NCBI GenBank assembly: GCA_028688015.1
Contig: JAQTZB010000006.1
Coordinates: 107,381-171,380, forward strand
Length of the DNA stretch: 64,000 nt
Direction of reading: 5' to 3'
Origin: Elusimicrobiales bacterium
GTDB lineage: Bacteria > Elusimicrobiota > Elusimicrobia > Elusimicrobiales > UBA9959
Made by a program: the position numbers and the translations under genes. This document shows, piece by piece, positions 56,918 through 64,000 of this stretch. Position 1 is the stretch's first letter. Every line of letters begins with the position of its first letter. A model generated the notes under the pieces. The model had not been told where the DNA came from. It made no database searches and saw nothing but the letters and a program-made list of their open reading frames with translations.

Positions 56918-56954
56918 AAGAAGAAGGGCCGCAGCTGCGGCCCTTCTTCTTTTT
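56918..56954. terminator. Bidirectional rho-independent terminator
   Basis: The near-perfect palindrome aaagaagaagggccgcag/ctgcggcccttcttcttt is followed by tt, between convergent genes. Confidence 0.8.
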
Positions 56955-56970
56955 GGTCCCGCCCCCGCGG

Positions 56971-57594
56971 CTACCTGATGAAATCTTCTCCGGGCCAGTC
57001 GCCGGGCGTCCCTTCCACCGACGCCAGGCGCGGGTCCTCCTGGGAGGTGGCGCTCATTTTCTTGAAGGATTCCTTAAGTTCCGACAGCGAGATGTCAGAG
57101 CGCTTTATGCGCATCAGGACCACGTAGCCGATCAGGCCGGTTACGACGGCGGCCGGCAGGACCGCCGCCCAGAGTGACGCGTTAAGCTGGAAGAGCAGCA
57201 CGGCGCACAGGAAGGTCCAGAAGGAAACGGCGGCGCTCATGCCCATCAGGATGTAGGAGACTATGATCGAATACTCGTAGATCTTCGGGATGGAGATGAT
57301 TATCACCAGCAGCGCGATGTTTATCAGCGTCAGGTACAGCGCCCTGGTGCCCCAGTTCTTCCAGCGCGATTTGGAAATGACTATGGTGCCGTAGATGGGA
57401 TGGTTCACTATCTCGGCGTCCTCGTAGGTGGTTTCGGCGGACGGCTGCACCACTTTGGCCGCCTGCTCGGCGCCGGGGTCGTAGTCGAAGGACTGCTCCT
57501 CCGGGCGTGAGCCCAGCTGGGCCGCCGCCGGAGCGGGGGCCAGGGCCGGCGCCAGGGCCAGCGCGGCGGCGAGCAGCAGTTTATTGGCCGTCAT
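56971..57594 (-). CDS. Hypothetical membrane protein (signal peptide + 3 TM segments)
   Basis: 207 aa. Ala-rich signal peptide and three hydrophobic helices (LYLTLINIALLVIIISI, IIVSYILMGMSAAVSFWTFLCAVLLF, AAVLPAAVVTGLIGYVVL). No recognisable motif. Confidence 0.5.
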   Translation of the reverse strand: MTANKLLLAAALALAPALAPAPAAAQLGSRPEEQSFDYDPGAEQAAKVVQPSAETTYEDAEIVNHPIYGTIVISKSRWKNWGTRALYLTLINIALLVIIISIPKIYEYSIIVSYILMGMSAAVSFWTFLCAVLLFQLNASLWAAVLPAAVVTGLIGYVVLMRIKRSDISLSELKESFKKMSATSQEDPRLASVEGTPGDWPGEDFIR

Positions 57595-57874
57595 CTTCCA
57601 GTTTGGGCACCGCCGGGATGGTGTCGTCGTCCATGCGGTAATACTGCGTGGAGCCCACGCGCAGCTTGGCGGGAGTGAACTGCACGTCGCGCAGCTTGCG
57701 CTGCTGGGGCTCCCGGATCTCTTTGGCCTTGATCTTGATATTCTGCCGCACGGTGATGCGGTCGGAGAAATGCCAGTAGGACGAGACGAAGCCGCCCACG
57801 GTGCAGGCGATGACCACCCCGCCCAGGAAATAATCTTCCCTGTCCTTGCGTATCCAGAACTTGCGTTCTCCCAT
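57581..57874 (-). CDS. Hypothetical small membrane protein (1 TM)
   Basis: 97 aa with one hydrophobic helix (FLGGVVIACTVGGFVSSYW). Overlaps the downstream gene by 14 nt and follows hemW by 13 nt. Confidence 0.4.
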   Translation of the reverse strand: MGERKFWIRKDREDYFLGGVVIACTVGGFVSSYWHFSDRITVRQNIKIKAKEIREPQQRKLRDVQFTPAKLRVGSTQYYRMDDDTIPAVPKLEDDGQ

Positions 57875-57887
57875 TGTGCTCCTTCGG

Positions 57888-58985
57888 TCAGACGAATTCG
57901 CGAAAAACCGCGTTGGCCACGTAGAGCCGGTCTTCCCTGATGCGGACCTGCCGGCCCCGCGTTTCTATCAGGCCCGCCTCGAGCAGGCGATCCAGTTCAG
58001 GCCTAAATTCTATAAATATATCCTCCGGCAGTTCAATTCCGGCGGTTTTGCGCAGGCCGAGCATGACCAGCTCGGCGTTTTTGGCCCTGCCTTGCAGTTT
58101 TTCCCTGTACTGCTCCGGCGGGGGGAGGCCCGCGCCGGCCGCCTCCAGGTAGCCGTTCAAGGCCGGGGCGTTGGCCCGCCGCTCGCCGTCCAGGTAGGAG
58201 GCCGCTCCCGGGCCGAGGCCCAGGTACTCGCCCTGCTCCCAGTAGTTCAGGTTGTGCAGCGACTCCCTGCCCGCCCTGGCGAAATTGGAGATCTCATAGC
58301 GTTCCAGGCCCGCGGCTTTCAGCCGGGCCGCCGCCGCTTCGTACATGGCCGCCGCCGCGTCGGGCGCTTCGGCTACGCTGGCGGAGTGAAAGGGGGTGCC
58401 CTCGTGCACTTCCAGCGCGTAGAGCGAAACATGCTCCGGCGCCAGCCCCAGCAGCCAATCCAGCGACTCGGCGAACTCCGCTTCCGACTGCCCGGGCAGG
58501 CCGCACATCAGGTCGGCGCTGAGATTGTCAAAACCGGCGGCCCGCAGGGTCCGGTACGCCCGGAGGAAATCTTCCCGCATGGCCAGCCGGCCCAGCTGTT
58601 TGAGCAGGCGGTCCTGCGTGGCCTGCAGGCCCAGGCTGACCCGGCCCACACCGGCTTTTTTAAGGAGGACGGCCTTTTCTTCGTCCAGGCTTTCCGGGTT
58701 GGCCTCGAAGGTGCTCTCCCGCAGTCCCGCCAGCGGGCCGGTAAGGCTTTCCAAGACGCCCAGCAGCCTGCCAAACTGGTCCGGAGAGAGCAGGCTGGGC
58801 GTGCCGCCCCCGACGTAAAGAGTGGAGAAGGACCCGGCCAGGCCGTCGTAGCGGGCGGCCTCGGCCGTCAGCGCGTCAAGGTACGCGCCGATATCCGCTT
58901 CGCGGCCTGCCTCGGAGGGAAAGTCGCAGTAGCCGCACTTGGAGCGGCAGAAGGGGATATGGACGTAAAGGCCGCGCATCTTCAT
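57888..58985 (-). CDS. hemW: Radical SAM heme chaperone HemW (HemN-like, oxygen-independent coproporphyrinogen oxidase family)
   Basis: YVHIPFCRSKCGYCDF matches the CxxxCxxC radical-SAM motif. GGGTPS is present, along with a HemN C-terminal domain. 365 aa. Confidence 0.85.
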   Translation of the reverse strand: MKMRGLYVHIPFCRSKCGYCDFPSEAGREADIGAYLDALTAEAARYDGLAGSFSTLYVGGGTPSLLSPDQFGRLLGVLESLTGPLAGLRESTFEANPESLDEEKAVLLKKAGVGRVSLGLQATQDRLLKQLGRLAMREDFLRAYRTLRAAGFDNLSADLMCGLPGQSEAEFAESLDWLLGLAPEHVSLYALEVHEGTPFHSASVAEAPDAAAAMYEAAAARLKAAGLERYEISNFARAGRESLHNLNYWEQGEYLGLGPGAASYLDGERRANAPALNGYLEAAGAGLPPPEQYREKLQGRAKNAELVMLGLRKTAGIELPEDIFIEFRPELDRLLEAGLIETRGRQVRIREDRLYVANAVFREFV

Positions 58986-59003
58986 ATCATTATAGCCCGC
59001 CGG

Positions 59004-59040
59004 AAAAAAAGACGGGAACGGCTGGGCCGTCCCCGTCTTT
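59004..59040 (-). terminator. Rho-independent terminator downstream of the SPFH gene
   Basis: The minus strand reads aaagacggggacgg-cccag-ccgttcccgtc-ttttttt. Confidence 0.7.
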
Positions 59041-59055
59041 AACAGCCGGACCGGC

Positions 59056-59799
59056 TCAGTTCTGGTTCTTCTTCATGAACATCGTCAGCAGGTCTATCGG
59101 CACCGGGAAGATGGTGGTGGAGTTCCGCTCGGTGGCGATCTCGGTGAGCGTCTGCAGGTAGCGCAGTTGGATAGCCGCGGGCTGCTTGCCGATGATCTCG
59201 GCGGCGTCGGCCAGTTTCTGCGAGGCCTGGAATTCGCCTTCAGCGTGGATTACCTTGGCGCGGCGCTCGCGCTCGGCCTCGGCCTGGCGGGCGATGGCGC
59301 GCTGCATCTCCTGCGGCAGGTCCACGTTCTTCACCTCGACGCTGGAGACCTTGATGCCCCACGGCTCGGTATGCTGGTCGAGGATCTCCTGCAGGTTCTT
59401 GTTGATCTTGTCGCGCTGCGCGAGCAGGTCGTCGAGCTCCTGCTGGCCGAGCACGCTGCGCAGCGTGGTCTGGGCGAGCTGGGAGGTCGCGTACATGAAG
59501 TTCTCCACGTTCAGTACCGCGGATTGCGGGTTGACTACGCGGAAATAGACCACGGCGTTGACCTTGACCGAGATATTGTCGCGGGTGATGATGTCCTGCG
59601 GAGGCACGTCCATCACTACGACGCGGGTGCTGATGCGGAACATCTGCTGCACGCCGGGGATCAGGATGATCAGGCCGGGGCCCTTCACTCCGGTGAAGCG
59701 GCCGAACGTCAGCGTGACGCCGCGCTCGTATTCGTTGAGCACTTTGATGCTGGCGAACAGGATCACCACGATGATTATGATTAACGGCGCCAAAGTCAT
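59056..59799 (-). CDS. SPFH/band-7 (stomatin/slipin-like) membrane protein
   Basis: N-terminal TM segment, then [13 protein letters not shown]...[33 protein letters not shown] and a coiled-coil [16 protein letters not shown]. The second ATG (59799) is preferred because GGAGGG lies 4 nt upstream. The ORF-track start at 59835 adds 12 residues. Confidence 0.85.
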   Translation of the reverse strand: MTLAPLIIIIVVILFASIKVLNEYERGVTLTFGRFTGVKGPGLIILIPGVQQMFRISTRVVVMDVPPQDIITRDNISVKVNAVVYFRVVNPQSAVLNVENFMYATSQLAQTTLRSVLGQQELDDLLAQRDKINKNLQEILDQHTEPWGIKVSSVEVKNVDLPQEMQRAIARQAEAERERRAKVIHAEGEFQASQKLADAAEIIGKQPAAIQLRYLQTLTEIATERNSTTIFPVPIDLLTMFMKKNQN

Positions 59800-59923
59800 T
59801 TTCCCTCCAAAACCGCCTCTTTCTTGCTTCTTCAAAGTCTACAAAAGAAAACGCGCCGGGGCAACGGGCGCGCCGGCGGCGCTATCCGTCGTAAAATTTA
59901 GTATCATATCGGTTAAGGTCTTT

Positions 59924-62340
<2,417 letters not shown>

Positions 62341-62349
62341 CCCGCCCAG

Positions 62350-63849
62350 ATGGACAAGACCGCCTACATCAGCGTTTACGACAAGACCGGAGTTGAGGAC
62401 TTCGCGCGCGGCCTCGAGGAACTGGGCTTCGGCATCTATTCGTCCGGTTCAACTTACAAACTGCTGAAGGAAGCCGGCGTTGAAGTCGAAGAGGTGCGCT
62501 ACTCGCCGCCGGTGCCGGCCGCCGTGCTGAAAGCGCTTTCTGGGCGCTTCCCGGCCGTCTCCGAGAACGGCGTGGAGCTGCCGCGCTTTTACGTGGTGGC
62601 CGCCAACCTTTACCCCATAGCCAGCATCGTCGGCCAGGAGGAGTTCGCCGCCGAAGAGCTGACGAACTACCTGGACCAGGCCAACTCTTCCGTGCTGCGC
62701 GCTGCGGCGCGGGATTTCGCCAACGTGGTCACAGTTTCCAGCCCGGTGGACTACGGGCCCGTGCTGCGCGCCTTCAAAGAAGCCGGCGGCCTGGAGCCGG
62801 AGATAAAGAAGCAGCTGGCCGCGCGCGCCTGGCAGACCCTGGCCGCCTACGACGCCACCGTGGCCCAATACCTTTCCGAGACCGGCAGCCTGCTTGGCGA
62901 CGAGGTGGTGCTGAGCCTGCGCAAGGTGGCCGACCTCGACTACGGCGAGAACCGCCACCAGCGGGCGGCGTTTTACGCGCTGAGCGGCGCCCGCCCGCGC
63001 GGCCTCAATGCGGCCCGGGTCCTGTCAGGGCCGGGCTTTAACTTTAACCATTATCTCGACCTGGACACGGCCTTCGAACTGGCGCTGGAGTTTCCGGACC
63101 CGGTCTGCGTCATAGCCAAGCACGACAGGCCGGCCGGCGTCTGCGCCGGCACTACCCAGGCCGAGGGTCTGCGCGGCGCTTTGCGCTGCGACCCCGCCGG
63201 CGCCGTCGGGGGAACCGCGGCTTTTAACCGGCAGATGGACACAGAGACTGCGGCTGTGCTGGCCGGCACCTTCATCGAGAGCGTCATCGCCACTGATTAT
63301 ACGCCCGAGGCCCTGAAGGTCCTGCGGGACAAGGAAGGCCTGAGGGTCATCGCGCTCGCGCCACCGGTGCTCTCGCCCTACGAGGTGAACCTCCGCTCTG
63401 TTTCGGGCGGGGTGCTGATAGAGGCCAAGGACAACCGCCTTTTTTCCGCCGAGCCTGCCTGCGTGACCAGGCGCAAGCCGGGCGAGGGGGAACTGTTCTC
63501 GCTGGCGCTGGCCTGGCGCACGGTTAAGTACGCCAAGACTTACGCGGTGGCCCTGGCCGAGGGCCGCGCCGTCACTGCTGTCAGCGCGGCCGAAAGCTCC
63601 ACCTACGACGCGGTGCGCGGCGCCGCCTGGAAGATGCGCGACAAGCGCCATATCCTGCCGGGTGCGGGCCCGCTGGTGCTGGCCGCCGACGCGGCCCTGC
63701 CGCTGAAGACGCTGCAGGCGGCCCTCGCCGCCGGCGTCACCGCCGTCATCCAGCCCGGCGGCTGGCAGGACGACGAGGACTGCATCCGCCTCTGCGACGA
63801 GAAGGGCGCCGCCATGCTCTTCGCCGGCATCCGCCACTTCAGACACTAG
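62350..63849 (+). CDS. purH: PurH-like bifunctional AICAR transformylase / IMP cyclohydrolase (divergent N-terminal domain)
   Basis: MGS-like N-terminus (YISVYDKTGVEDFARGL, NLYP). AICARFT-type segments (DYGENRHQRAAFY, AKHDRPAG). Canonical C-terminus VIQPGGWQDDEDCIRLCDEKGAAMLFAGIRHFRH. Confidence 0.7.
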   Translation: MDKTAYISVYDKTGVEDFARGLEELGFGIYSSGSTYKLLKEAGVEVEEVRYSPPVPAAVLKALSGRFPAVSENGVELPRFYVVAANLYPIASIVGQEEFAAEELTNYLDQANSSVLRAAARDFANVVTVSSPVDYGPVLRAFKEAGGLEPEIKKQLAARAWQTLAAYDATVAQYLSETGSLLGDEVVLSLRKVADLDYGENRHQRAAFYALSGARPRGLNAARVLSGPGFNFNHYLDLDTAFELALEFPDPVCVIAKHDRPAGVCAGTTQAEGLRGALRCDPAGAVGGTAAFNRQMDTETAAVLAGTFIESVIATDYTPEALKVLRDKEGLRVIALAPPVLSPYEVNLRSVSGGVLIEAKDNRLFSAEPACVTRRKPGEGELFSLALAWRTVKYAKTYAVALAEGRAVTAVSAAESSTYDAVRGAAWKMRDKRHILPGAGPLVLAADAALPLKTLQAALAAGVTAVIQPGGWQDDEDCIRLCDEKGAAMLFAGIRHFRH

Positions 63850-64000
63850 CCATATTCCTAAAACTGTCCCGGTCCGGCTTGCCGCTCGCTCATAAGCGGC
63901 CGCGGCGGAAGAGGGCCTGCGGTCCTCCGCCGGCGGAGAACAAAGACCTGTCGCTGCGCTCCATCCGTCGCGCACACAGTGCGCTCCTCAAACAGTCTCC

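Overview
The window is visibly GC-rich (not computed), densely coding DNA from a diderm bacterium, as shown by LptD, Pal/CpoB/TolB and PorV-like barrels. I saw no rRNA, tRNA or CRISPR array by eye.

About 60% of the window is ordinary housekeeping, mostly on the + strand and often translationally coupled through ATGA/TAATG/TGATG overlaps. In order:
- smc, a metallophosphoesterase, a single-domain response regulator, trxA
- polA, rhomboid protease, coaE, rho, LysM/M23 peptidase
- rpmE, prfA, prmC, murA, folC, ROK glucokinase, lptD
- nitronate-monooxygenase-like (-), an SDR epimerase, tdk, an orphan transposase N-terminal fragment
- pal-cpoB-tolB (-), menA-like prenyltransferase and polyprenyl synthase (-), czcD
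- near the 3' end: hemW, an SPFH protein, nusB, ligA and a divergent purH

The most interesting part is a ~26.5 kb accessory locus (about 30.4-56.9 kb) made of two tandem, paralogous four-gene modules on the + strand. Each module has a giant signal-peptide-bearing surface protein (1621 aa and 4570 aa) ending in a T9SS type-A-like C-terminal sorting domain, a PorV/PorQ-like beta-barrel, an unassigned ~406-aa beta-barrel, and a secreted FecR-domain protein. The modules are separated by a strong hairpin terminator that has a consensus TTGACA-16-TATAAT promoter embedded in it. No T9SS core genes, ECF sigma factor or TonB-dependent receptor lie in the window.

Other points worth a second look:
- a ~340-nt element bounded by inverted repeats and full of nested dyads, in the largest non-coding gap (26.9-27.46 kb)
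- a 108-bp in-frame tandem repeat in a truncated tail-fibre-like gene at the 5' edge
- a Q/N-rich N-terminal extension on Rho
- a Lys/Ala-rich tail on L31
- a non-canonical pal-cpoB-tolB gene order

All functional calls come from motif recognition in the supplied translations. No database search was run.
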